Source: Eledone cirrhosa (taxonomy: Eukaryota). From it: a stretch of 64,000 nucleotides of DNA. Below are positions 38,390 to 51,900 of the stretch, in pieces. The stretch spans positions 48,732,001 to 48,796,000 of the forward strand of contig OZ024746.1 of assembly GCA_964016885.1 (NCBI GenBank), in the 5' to 3' direction. A program made the translations under genes and the position numbers. The notes below the pieces were generated by a model. It was given only the letters and a program-made list of their open reading frames with translations, ran no database searches and had not been told where the DNA came from. How positions within the stretch are numbered: the first letter of the stretch is position 1; each line of letters opens with the position of its first letter.

Positions 38390-38676
38390 CCTGTCTGGCT
38401 CTCTGGAGAATAGAGGAAAGGTGTTTCCTTGAAAACCAGTATGACTCTAAAAACCGGTTTGTCTGTTTGGTTACATACAGACTAGCTGGACACTCACAGT
38501 AAATTGTCCAGTAAAGAACTCGGTACATGTACATATGTATACGTGTGTGTATTTATATGCATACTAGTATTTCAGTATACATATGTGGATGTACACTTTT
38601 AACTTAATTGTTTAAGCGTCAGTCATACAAAAGTGAGTTACAAACGAAACGAAATTTAATTTCGTTTCGTTATTTG

Positions 38677-38748
<72 letters not shown>

Positions 38749-38835
38749 CATATATACACATATATACACACACATACATATACACACATATACACACATA
38801 TACACATATATATACATACACACATATATATATAT

Positions 38836-38874
<39 letters not shown>

Positions 38875-39180
38875 TATACATACACATATACATATATACA
38901 TATATACATATATACATATATACATATATGCAACTTTCAAATACTTTAAGCCAGTGTTAAATCCCGATGGCTAAAAACGACCTCCTCCTTTTAGCCCCTA
39001 TACCTCCTTCCCACCCTACCCCCACCCTCCTCAACCTGAAATACGGCCACTATGGTTATGTGAGTACCTCTTACCTATCTGCATTTCTGCCTGTAGAGCT
39101 GTTTTTATGTGACTGTGTATATGCGTATATTTACTGAGTACTTATTTATTTGTATGTGTATATATGTATTTGTGTGTATG

Positions 39181-39251
<71 letters not shown>

Positions 39252-39384
39252 ATATGTATGTATATGTATATGCATGTGTGTGTGTGCGCGCGTATATATA
39301 TGTGTGTATGTGTTTGTGTGTTTCTCTCTGTGTGTGTATGTATTTATTTATATATGTGTGTATGTGTGTATATATGTGTATATA

Positions 39385-39443
<59 letters not shown>

Positions 39444-39533
39444 ATGTGTGTATATGTATGCGTATGTGTATGTATATATATATATATATGTATATATATA
39501 TTTATATATATATGTGTATATATATATATATAT

Positions 39534-40118
39534 TGTCCAACCAAATGCCAATGTGGTTCAATGGCAGGTTAATAAATTAACGAGCCAGAACATATATAAA
39601 CAAGGTTTAGCAAATAATGAAAAAGTTTCAAAATAAATTTTAAAAAATTGACTTTACCTACTATAGTTACCTTTACCGATCGGTTTCGAATCCCAAAAAT
39701 AAACGGAGGCCATACGGCCTTCGTTGCAAAGAAAGATTCTCGTCAGAAGGTTCTTTTCATTCGAAGAATATAAAATTCTTGAATTTAAATTACGAACTAG
39801 CGCTATCCAAAACTGTTCCCGAGATGTTGGACAATACATGCGTCCCTTAGCGCCTTGTGCGCGAAGGAACACATATCCTATTATTACTATTCTCCTCTAT
39901 TGTTGAGAAGCAAATTTGGTCGTTCCGACTGCTGCTAGTGATAGTTGGGGCCGGTTGACCTACCTCCTTCTGCCTCTATCTTTACTTCGGCCCTTGAAAA
40001 AATTGATTCCACTTCATTTACTCTCATCTCGGAAACAGTTTGGTAATAGTAGGTAAAGTCAATTTTTTAAAATTTATTTTGAAACTTTTTCATTATTTGC
40101 TAAACCTTGTTTATATAT
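39534..40118 (-). mobile_element. Non-coding PLE relic with inverted terminal segment
   Basis: 39592-39664 is inverted at 40046-40118, with a tail at 39534-39591, an HHR inside and (TA)n flanks. Confidence 0.85.
39669..39751 (-). ncRNA. Type I hammerhead, canonical core, extended stem II
   Basis: Minus strand acctt CTGACGA gaatc...aacg.aggcc-gtat-ggcct.cgtt...gattc GAAA ccgatcgg TA aaggt. Confidence 0.88.
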
Positions 40119-40365
40119 ATGTATATATGTATATATATATACATACATACACATATATATATATGTCGCAAGCGGTGGGACGACGAAGGCCAGTTAAGCC
40201 AGAAATGCATAGACGGTTGTCCCTCTTGCTTCTGCTGGACATCACCAGAGGGCGTTTAGCCCCCCGGTGTTTGAATAGCTACGGCTTCCTAAAACTGTAT
40301 TTCTTTGGAGATACAAAATATTTATACATATTGTATAAAGCTATGCTTGAAGCGAAATCCTATTT

Positions 40366-40399
<34 letters not shown>

Positions 40400-40950
40400 G
40401 TAATATAGAATTCATCTTTAATCTGCGCCAATCACTGTCTTCAACTGTATTTCAACCCATCGGATTACACTTTTAATGAGATGTTGATTCCTACTTCCTA
40501 CAGAGGGTTGCAACTCAATACCGGGAAGTATTTCGTCGGAAGCTCTACCAATTCTGTCAAGCATCTTCCTTAAAATTTCTGATATAAGAATGAATGCAGT
40601 TATGTCTTAAGTGCACCATGCTCAAAAGAAAATCTACACACACATACACAAACACTCAAACATATTCAAGGGAGTAATTCAGTATAGTTGAAAGCATTTG
40701 TATATATAATATTGTAAATTATATACGATACACAATTCGGGACATCTGCTCAAAATAACACGCTTACTAGTTGAATGGTTTATCAATTTGAGCCATGTAC
40801 CCTACTTCACGCTAATATTGAACTTTGGAGGTTAAAACGGGTGGTTGAATAATTCAATGGCGACATTAACATTTTTCATTTAGTTTACCTAAACGCACAC
40901 ATACAAACAGACACACACACAAGACACTATATATATATATATATGCACAT

Positions 40951-41013
<63 letters not shown>

Positions 41014-42029
41014 CACACACGTATATATGATTATAGAGCCAAGACAACTTATTGTGTGACTATTTCATCTTTACTTGCAATATTTATGTTTGTAATAGAT
41101 GCCAACATCTTCAGACGATAATTACGATAATTGCAATGAATTAATTAAATGAATGCCCATTAGTCTAGAGTTTCGGATTAAAACCAAACAAAATAACGAA
41201 GAAACTATAAAGATATTAAATAGAAAATTGAAAACAATTCTTTAAGCTGAAGATCTCTAAGAACAATACTGTAGATTTCATATTTATAGTATACAAGCAC
41301 ACATCATTCCTATGGCAGACGTCATCAAATGTAGCTGACAGTTAATTAGAAAAGGAACAACATTTATATGAGCTTATCCTATTTAGTTTTATAGTAAGTT
41401 ATGTGTTGTATTTTATAATATTGATTTCTAGTTCAGGCGTATGTTTGGGATACAGAAGGAAACAGTTGATTGCATTGACGACAGTTTTTTTAAATTGTGG
41501 GTACTTTTCGAATAAGGAAAGATGAAACAAAATATCTCATCTGGCAAGGTTTAAACATAAAACAAGAAGGTAGGCTTTAAAGCCTGCGTTGCTTTGCGGA
41601 CGGTGGCAAGGTACCGATTAACTTTTTCAGATTTCACTTGAAGAGGAGAATCAGGTTGTAGAAGGAAGTGCTGCTTTCCAACTAGTTTGTTGAAAGGTGG
41701 ATGAGAGTGGCAAGCATGGTCCGTGTAAATGGGCCTGCCTTGAGCATACACTTGTAGATTGGAGTAGAAAAACTGGGAAAGGGCACTTTGCGCTACTGGA
41801 CTGAGTGACTGTGGCTTTTGTGGGATTTCTACACGAGTGACCCTTAAAGTCTCCTCACCTTTGGGGAATTTGTTATGTTTGTTTTAAATATTTATTTTTT
41901 TAGTCTCTGTTATAAATGTTATTTTACACAAAGAAAAAACCACACTGTATCTTCCCGTATCGTCTTTAATGTTTCCTTAATATTAGCCCTGTGTGACTTA
42001 TAAAGAAATCATTATTTATTATTATTTAG

Positions 42030-42216
42030 GGCGGTGGATTGGCAGTATCGGTAGAGGGTCGGACGCCATGCTTTCCAGCATAGTTACGTCCCTTTACGAT
42101 CTGAGTTCAAATCCCGTCGAGGTTGACTTTGCCTTTCATCCTTAAGGGTCGATAAAATAAAGTACCAGTAATGTACTGGATAATTGCTGGCCTTGTGCCT
42201 AAAGTAGAAACAATTA
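42030..42216 (+). mobile_element. tRNA-derived SINE (family B)
   Basis: Head ggcggtggattggcagtatcggtaga, B-box gagttcaaatccc, central gcctttcatcctt..gggtcgataaaataaagtaccag (resembles the MetaSINE-type conserved domain, from memory), and an (att)n tail. Confidence 0.85.
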
Positions 42217-42322
42217 TTTATTATTATTTAATTGATTATTTAATCTAAACGTTCGTGTAAAGATGGTAAGCCATGGCAAATTGAAAAAACTATCTAATAA
42301 CCATTATATATAAGAAACATAA

Positions 42323-42476
42323 TTACCCAGTGCATTACTGGTACTTTATTTTATCGACCCCGTAAGGATGAAAGGCAAAGTTAACCTCGGCGGGATTTGA
42401 ACTCAGAATGGCAAGAGCCGTAACTCTATGCGTCAAAGCATGGCGACCGACCCTTTACCGATACTGCCAATCCACC
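42323..42476 (-). mobile_element. tRNA-derived SINE (family B), inverted relative to its neighbour
   Basis: Reverse-complement match to 42033-42183. Confidence 0.85.
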
Positions 42477-42852
42477 AGATAATACCAAAAGCTTTCTTAA
42501 TAATGCCCACAGGAATAACATGTTCAAAAAAATATAGCTTGTTCGAAGCATCAAATTCTTTGTTTGATAAAGTTATTCAGTAGCTGATACATTTTATGCG
42601 TTGATACATCTAACTGTTAATGGAGGGCAAATATTTGATACTTCATCTATTGAATGCCACAACGATGTCTGCAAACTTACTGGCTATATAACATATACTA
42701 ATAAGGAAATAATTTATGGAGAAATTAAAATATTTAGACTAACATTTGTTATTCTTACTATTAATAGGATTACAAATATTTGAAAGGTTTGTCAAATATT
42801 TGTATTTGTGTATTTCAGAAATGTGTGTATATGTACGTGTATTAGTGCGGGC

Positions 42853-42887
<35 letters not shown>

Positions 42888-42929
42888 AGGATCCATGAGA
42901 AAATATTTGAAAACCAATACCACAATCAG

Positions 42930-45900
42930 CAATAACCTCGTTCAACCTATAACAGATCTCATAAATACAGTCAACTATAACCTCGTTCAACCGAGAACAT
43001 TTCTCATAAATACAGTCAACTATAATCTCGTTCAACTGGGGATCAAATCTCATAGATAGAGTCAACTATAACCTCGTTCAACCTATAACAAATCCCATAA
43101 CTACAGTCAACTATAACCTCGTTCAACCTATAACAAATCCTACAAATACAGTCAACTTTAACCTCGTTCAACGTATAACAAATCCTACAAATACAGTCAA
43201 CTATAACCTCGTTCAACCTATAACAAATCCTATAACTACAGTCAACTATAACCTCGTTCAACCTATAACAAATCCTACAAATACAGTCAACTTTAACCTC
43301 GTTCAACCTATAACAAATCCTACAAATACAGTCAATTTTAACCTCGTTCAACCTATAACAAATCCCATAACTACAGTCAACTATTACCTCGTTAAACCTA
43401 TAACAAATCCTACAAATACAGTCAACTATAACCTCGTTCAACGTATAACAAATCCCATAACTACAGTCAACTATAACCTCGTTCAACCTATAACAAATCC
43501 TACAAATACAGTCAACTATAACCTCGTTCAACCTATAACAAATCCTACAAATACAGTCAACTATAACCTCGTTCAACCTATAACAAATCCTACAAATACA
43601 GTCAACTTTAACCTCGTTCAACCTATAACAAATCCTACAAATACAGTCAACTTTAACCTCGTTCAACCTATAACAAATCCTACAAATACAGTCAACTTTA
43701 ACCTCGTTCAACCTATAACAAATCCTACAAATACAGTCAACTATAACCTCGTTCAACCTATAACAAATCCTACAAATACAGTCAACTTTAACCTCGTTCA
43801 ACCTATAACAAATCCTACAAATACAGTCAACTTTAACCTCGTTCAACCTATAACAAATCCTACAAATACAGTCAACTTTAACCTCGTTCAACCTATAACA
43901 AATCCTACAAATACAGTCAACTTTAACCTCGTTCAACCTATAACAAATCCTACAAATACAGTCAACTATAACCTCGTTCAACCTATAACAAATCCTACAA
44001 ATACAGTCAACTTTAACCTCGTTCAACGTATAACAAATCCTACAAATACAGTCAACTATAACCTCGTTCAACCTATAACAAATCCTACAAATACAGTCAA
44101 CTATAACCTCGTTCAACCTATAACAAATCCTACAAATACAGTCAACTTTAACCTCGTTCAACCTATAACAAATCCTACAAATACAGTCAACTTTAACCTC
44201 GTTCAACCTATAACAAATCCTACAAATACAGTCAACTTTAACCTCGTTCAACCTATAACAAATCCTACAAATACAGTCAACTTTAACCTCGTTCAACCTA
44301 TAACAAATCCTACAAATACAGTCAACTATAACCTCGTTCAACCTATAACAAATCCTACAAATACAGTCAATTTTAACCTCGTTCAACGTATAACAAATCC
44401 TACAAATACAGTCAACTATAACCTCGTTCAACCTATAACAAATCCTACAAATACAGTCAACTATAACCTCGTTCAACCTATAACAAATCCTACAAATACA
44501 GTCAACTTTAACCTCGTTCAACGTATAACAAATCCTACAAATACAGTCAACTATAACCTCGTTCAACGTATAACAAATCCTACAAATACAGTCAACTTTA
44601 ACCTCGTTCAACCTATAACAAATCCTACAAATACAGTCAACTTTAACCTCGTTCAACCTATAACAAATCCCATAACTACAGTCAACTATAACCTCGTTCA
44701 ACCTATAACAAATCCTACAAATACAGTCAACTTTAACCTCGTTCAACCTATAACAAATCCTACAAATACAGTCAACTTTAACCTCGTTCAACCTATAACA
44801 AATCCTATAAATACAGTCAACTTTAACCTCGTTCAACCTATAACAAATCCCATAACTACAGTCAACTATAACCTCGTTCAACGTATAACAAATCCTACAA
44901 ATACAGTCAACTATAACCTCGTTCAACCTATAACAAATCCTACAAATACAGTCAACTATAACCTCGTTCAACGTATAACAAATCCTACAAATACAGTCAA
45001 CTATAACCTCGTTCAACGTATAACAAATCCTACAAATACAGTCAACTTTAACCTCGTTCAACGTATAACAAATCCTACAAATACAGTCAACTATAACCTC
45101 GTTCAACCTATAACAAATCCTACATATACAGTCAACTTTAACCTCGTTCAACGTATAACAAATCCTACAAATACAGTCAACTATAACCTCGTTCAACCTA
45201 TAACAAATCCTACAAATACAGTCAACTATAACCTCGTTCAACCTATAACAAATCCTACAAATACAGTCAACTTTAACCTCGTTCAACCTATAACAAATCC
45301 TACAAATTCAGTCAACTTTAACCTCGTTCAACCTATAACAAATCCCATAACTACAGTCAACTATAACCTCGTTCAACCTATAACAAATCCTACAAATACA
45401 GTCAACTATAACCTCGTTCAACGTATAACAAATCCTACAAATACAGTCAACTATAACCTCGTTCAACCTATAACAAATCCTACAAATACAGTCAACTTTA
45501 ACCTCGTTCAACGTATAACAAATCCTACAAATACAGTCAACTTTAACCTCGTTCAACCTATAACAAATCCCATAACTACAGTCAACTATAACATCGTTCA
45601 ACCTATAACAAATCCTACAAATACAGTCAACTATAACCTCGTTCAACGTATAACAAATCCCATAACTACAGTCAACTATAACCTCGTTCAACCTATAACA
45701 AATCCTACAAATACAGTCAACTATAACCTCGTTCAACCTATAACAAATCCTACAAATACAGTCAACTATAACCTCGTTCAACCTATAACAAATCCTACAA
45801 ATACAGTCAACTTTAACCTCGTTCAACCTATAACAAATCCTACAAATACAGTCAACTTTAACCTCGTTCAACCTATAACAAATCCTACAAATACAGTCAA

Positions 45901-48900
45901 CTTTAACCTCGTTCAACCTATAACAAATCCTACAAATACAGTCAACTATAACCTCGTTCAACCTATAACAAATCCTACAAATACAGTCAACTTTAACCTC
46001 GTTCAACCTATAACAAATCCTACAAATACAGTCAACTTTAACCTCGTTCAACCTATAACAAATCCTACAAATACAGTCAACTTTAACCTCGTTCAACCTA
46101 TAACAAATCCTACAAATACAGTCAACTTTAACCTCGTTCAACCTATAACAAATCCTACAAATACAGTCAACTATAACCTCGTTCAACCTATAACAAATCC
46201 TACAAATACAGTCAACTTTAACCTCGTTCAACGTATAACAAATCCTACAAATACAGTCAACTATAACCTCGTTCAACCTATAACAAATCCTACAAATACA
46301 GTCAACTATAACCTCGTTCAACCTATAACAAATCCTACAAATACAGTCAACTTTAACCTCGTTCAACCTATAACAAATCCTACAAATACAGTCAACTTTA
46401 ACCTCGTTCAACCTATAACAAATCCTACAAATACAGTCAACTTTAACCTCGTTCAACCTATAACAAATCCTACAAATACAGTCAACTTTAACCTCGTTCA
46501 ACCTATAACAAATCCTACAAATACAGTCAACTTTAACCTCGTTCAACCTATAACAAATCCTACAAATACAGTCAACTATAACCTCGTTCAACCTATAACA
46601 AATCCTACAAATACAGTCAACTTTAACCTCGTTCAACCTATAACAAATCCTACAAATACAGTCAACTTTAACCTCGTTCAACCTATAACAAATCCTACAA
46701 ATACAGTCAACTTTAACCTCGTTCAACCTATAACAAATCCTACAAATACAGTCAACTTTAACCTCGTTCAACCTATAACAAATCCTACAAATACAGTCAA
46801 CTATAACCTCGTTCAACCTATAACAAATCCTACAAATACAGTCAACTTTAACCTCGTTCAACGTATAACAAATCCTACAAATACAGTCAACTATAACCTC
46901 GTTCAACCTATAACAAATCCTACAAATACAGTCAACTATAACCTCGTTCAACCTATAACAAATCCTACAAATACAGTCAACTTTAACCTCGTTCAACCTA
47001 TAACAAATCCTACAAATACAGTCAACTTTAACCTCGTTCAACCTATAACAAATCCTACAAATACAGTCAACTTTAACCTCGTTCAACCTATAACAAATCC
47101 TACAAATACAGTCAACTTTAACCTCGTTCAACCTATAACAAATCCTACAAATACTGTCAACTATAACCTCGTTCAACCTATAACAAATACTACAAATACA
47201 GTCAACTTTAACCTCGTTCAACGTATAACAAATCCTACAAATACAGTCAACTATAACCTCGTTCAACCTATAATAAATCCTACAAATACAGTCAACTATA
47301 ACCTCGTTCAACCTATAACAAATCCTACAAATACAGTCAACTTTAACCTCGTTCAACGTATAACAAATCCTACAAATACAGTCAACTATAACCTCGTTCA
47401 ACGTATAACAAATCCTACAAATACAGTCAACTTTAACCTCGTTCAACCTATAACAAATCCTACAAATACAGTCAACTATAACCTCGTTCAACCTATAACA
47501 AATCCTACAAATACAGTCAACTTTAACCTCGTTCAACCTATAACAAATCCCATAACTACAGTCAACTATAACCTCGTTCAACCTATAACAAATCCTACAA
47601 ATACAGTCAACTTTAACCTCGTTCAACCTATAACAAATCCTACAAATACAGTCAACTTTAACCTCGTTCAACCTATAACAAATCCTATAAATACAGTCAA
47701 CTTTAACCTCGTTCAACCTATAACAAATCCCATAACTACAGTCAACTATAACCTCGTTCAACGTATAACAAATCCTACAAATACAGTCAACTATAACCTC
47801 GTTCAACCTATAACAAATCCTACAAATACAGTCAACTATAACCTCGTTCAACGTATAACAAATCCTACAAATACAGTCAACTTTAACCTCGTTCAACGTA
47901 TAACAAATCCTACAAATACAGTCAACTATAACCTCGTTCAACCTATAACAAATCCTACAAATACAGTCAACTTTAACCTCGTTCAACGTATAACAAATCC
48001 TACAAATACAGTCAACTATAACCTAGTTCAACCTATAACAAATCCTACAAATACAGTCAACTATAACCTCGTTCAACCTATAACAAATCCTACAAATACA
48101 GTCAACTTTAACCTCGTTCAACCTATAACAAATCCTACAAATACAGTCAACTTTAACCTCGTTCAACCTATAACAAATCCCATAACTACAGTCAACTATA
48201 ACCTCGTTCAACCTATAACAAATCCTACAAATACAGTCAACTATAACCTCGTTCAACGTATAACAAATCCTACAAATACAGTCAACTATAACCTCGTTCA
48301 ACCTATAACAAATCCTACAAATACAGTCAACTATAACCTCGTTCAACCTATAACAAATCCTACAAATACAGTCAACTTTAACCTCGTTCAACGTATAACA
48401 AATCCTACAAATACAGTCAACTTTAACCTCGTTCAACCTATAACAAATCCCATAACTACAGTCAACTATAACCTCGTTCAACCTATAACAAATCCTACAA
48501 ATACAGTCAACTATAACCTCGTTCAACCTATAACAAATCCTACAAATACAGTCAACTATAACCTCGTTCAACGTATAACAAATCCTACAAATACAGCCAA
48601 CTTTAACCTCGTTCAACGTATAACAAATCCTACAAATACAGTCAACTTTAACCTCGTTCAACCTATAACAAATCCTACAAATACAGTCAACTTTAACCTC
48701 GTTCAACCTATAACAAATCCTACAAATACAGTCAATTTTAACCTCGTTCAACCTATAACAAATCCTACAAATACAGTCAACTATAACCTCGTTCAACCTA
48801 TAACAAATCCTACAATTACAGTCAACTATAACCTCGTTCAACCTATAACAAATCCTACAAATACAGTCAACTTTAACCTCGTTCAACCTATAACAAATCC

Positions 48901-51900
48901 CATAACTACAGTCAACTATAACCTCGTTCAACCTATAACAAATCCTACAAATACAGTCAACTTTAACCTCGTTCAACCTATAACAAATCCCATAACTTCA
49001 GTCAACTATAACCTCGTTCAACCTATAACAAATCCCATAACTACAGTCAACTTTAACCTCGTTCAACCTATAACAAATCCCATAACTACAGTCAACTATA
49101 ACCTCGTTCAACGTATAACAAATCCTATAAATACAGTCAACTTTAACCTCGTTCAACGTATAACAAATCCTACAAATACAGTCAACTATAACCTCGTTCA
49201 ACGTATAACAAATCCTACAAATACAGTCAACTTTAACCTCGTTCAACCTATAACAAATCCTACAAATACAGTCAACTATAACCTCGTTCAACCTATAACA
49301 AATCCTACAAATACAGTCAACTTAAACCTCGTTCAACCTATAACAAATCCTACAAATACAGTCAACTATAACCTCGTTCAACCTATAACAAATCCTACAA
49401 ATACAGTCAACTTTAACCTCGTTCAACGTATAACAAATCCTATAACTACAGTCAACTATAACCTCGTTCAACCTATAACAAATCCTACAAATACAGTCAA
49501 CTATAACCTCGTTCAACCTATAACAAATCCTACAAATACAGTCAACTTTAACCTCGTTCAACCTATAACAAATCCTACAAATACAGTCAACTATAACCTC
49601 GTTCAACCTATAACAAATCCTACAAATACAGTCAACTTTAACCTCGTTCAACCTATAACAAATCCTACAAATACAGTCAACTATAACCTCGTTCAACCTA
49701 TAACAAATCCTACAAATACAGTCAACTTTAACCTCGTTCAACCTATAACAAATCCTACAATTACAGTCAACTATAACCTCGTTCAACCTATAACAAATCC
49801 TACAAATACAGTCAACTTTAACCTCGTTCAACCTATAACAAATCCCATAACTACAGTCAACTATAACCTCGTTCAACCTATAACAAATCCTACAAATACA
49901 GTCAACTTTAACCTCGTTCAACCTATAACAAATCCCATAACTTCAGTCAACTATAACCTCGTTCAACCTATAACAAATCCCATAACTACAGTCAACTTTA
50001 ACCTCGTTCAACCTATAACAAATCCCATAACTACAGTCAACTATAACCTCGTTCAACGTATAACAAATCCTATAAATACAGTCAACTTTAACCTCGTTCA
50101 ACGTATAACAAATCCTACAAATACAGTCAACTATAACCTCGTTCAACGTATAACAAATCCTACAAATACAGTCAACTTTAACCTCGTTCAACCTATAACA
50201 AATCCTACAAATACAGTCAACTATAACCTCGTTCAACCTATAACAAATCCTACAAATACAGTCAACTTAAACCTCGTTCAACCTATAACAAATCCTACAA
50301 ATACAGTCAACTATAACCTCGTTCAACCTATAACAAATCCTACAAATACAGTCAACTTTAACCTCGTTCAACGTATAACAAATCCTATAACTACAGTCAA
50401 CTATAACCTCGTTCAACCTATAACAAATCCTACAAATACAGTCAACTTTAACCTCGTTCAACCTATAACAAATCCCATAACTACAGTCAACTATAACCTC
50501 GTTCAACCTATAACAAATCCTACAAATACAGTCAACTTTAACCTCGTTCAACCTATAACAAATCCTACAAATACAGTCAACTTTAACCTCGTTCAACCTA
50601 TAACAAATCCTATAAATACAGTCAACTTTAACCTCGTTCAACCTATAACAAATCCCATAACTACAGTCAACTATAACCTCGTTCAACGTATAACAAATCC
50701 TACAAATACAGTCAACTATAACCTCGTTCAACCTATAACAAATCCTACAAATACAGTCAACTATAACCTCGTTCAACGTATAACAAATCCTACAAATACA
50801 GTCAACTTTAACCTCGTTCAACGTATAACAAATCCTACAAATACAGTCAACTATAACCTCGTTCAACCTATAACAAATCCTACAAATACAGTCAACTTTA
50901 ACCTCGTTCAACGTATAACAAATCCTATAACTACAGTCAACTATAACCTCGTTCAACCTATAACAAATCCTACAAATACAGTCAACTATAACCTCGTTCA
51001 ACCTATAACAAATCCTACAAATACAGTCAACTTTAACCTCGTTCAACCTATAACAAATCCTACAAATACAGTCAACTATAACCTCGTTCAACCTATAACA
51101 AATCCTACAAATACAGTCAACTTTAACCTCGTTCAACCTATAACAAATCCTACAAATACAGTCAACTATAACCTCGTTCAACCTATAACAAATCCTACAA
51201 ATACAGTCAACTTTAACCTCGTTCAACCTATAACAAATCCTACAATTACAGTCAACTATAACCTCGTTCAACCTATAACAAATCCTACAAATACAGTCAA
51301 CTTTAACCTCGTTCAACCTATAACAAATCCCATAACTACAGTCAACTATAACCTCGTTCAACCTATAACAAATCCTACAAATACAGTCAACTTTAACCTC
51401 GTTCAACCTATAACAAATCCCATAACTTCAGTCAACTATAACCTCGTTCAACCTATAACAAATCCCATAACTACAGTCAACTTTAACCGCGTTCAACCTA
51501 TAACAAATCCCATAACTACAGTCAACTATAACCTCGTTCAACGTATAACAAATCCTATAAATACAGTCAACTTTAACCTCGTTCAACGTATAACAAATCC
51601 TACAAATACAGTCAACTATAACCTCGTTCAACGTATAACAAATCCTACAAATACAGTCAACTTTAACCTCGTTCAACCTATAACAAATCCTACAAATACA
51701 GTCAACTATAACCTCGTTCAACCTATAACAAATCCTACAAATACAGTCAACTTAAACCTCGTTCAACCTATAACAAATCCTACAAATACAGTCAACTATA
51801 ACCTCGTTCAACCTATAACAAATCCTACAAATACAGTCAACTTTAACCTCGTTCAACGTATAACAAATCCTATAACTACAGTCAACTATAACCTCGTTCA

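Larger units (their letters stand above)
37806..38682 (+). mobile_element. Foldback PLE relic: 382-bp inverted arms plus tail
   Basis: 37806-38187 and 38228-38609 are inverted with a few substitutions. The tail is 38610-38682, with (TA)n on both sides. Confidence 0.9.

Noticed and set aside
40275-40360. Hammerhead-shaped fold (gcttc/gaagc, gtatttc/gagatac)
   Set aside because: The core reads ctaaaact...aaaa rather than CUGANGA...GAAA, so it is at best a dead remnant.
42030-42120. tRNA genes at SINE heads
   Set aside because: Only A/B-box-like motifs are present, without a full cloverleaf, and they continue into SINE body sequence.
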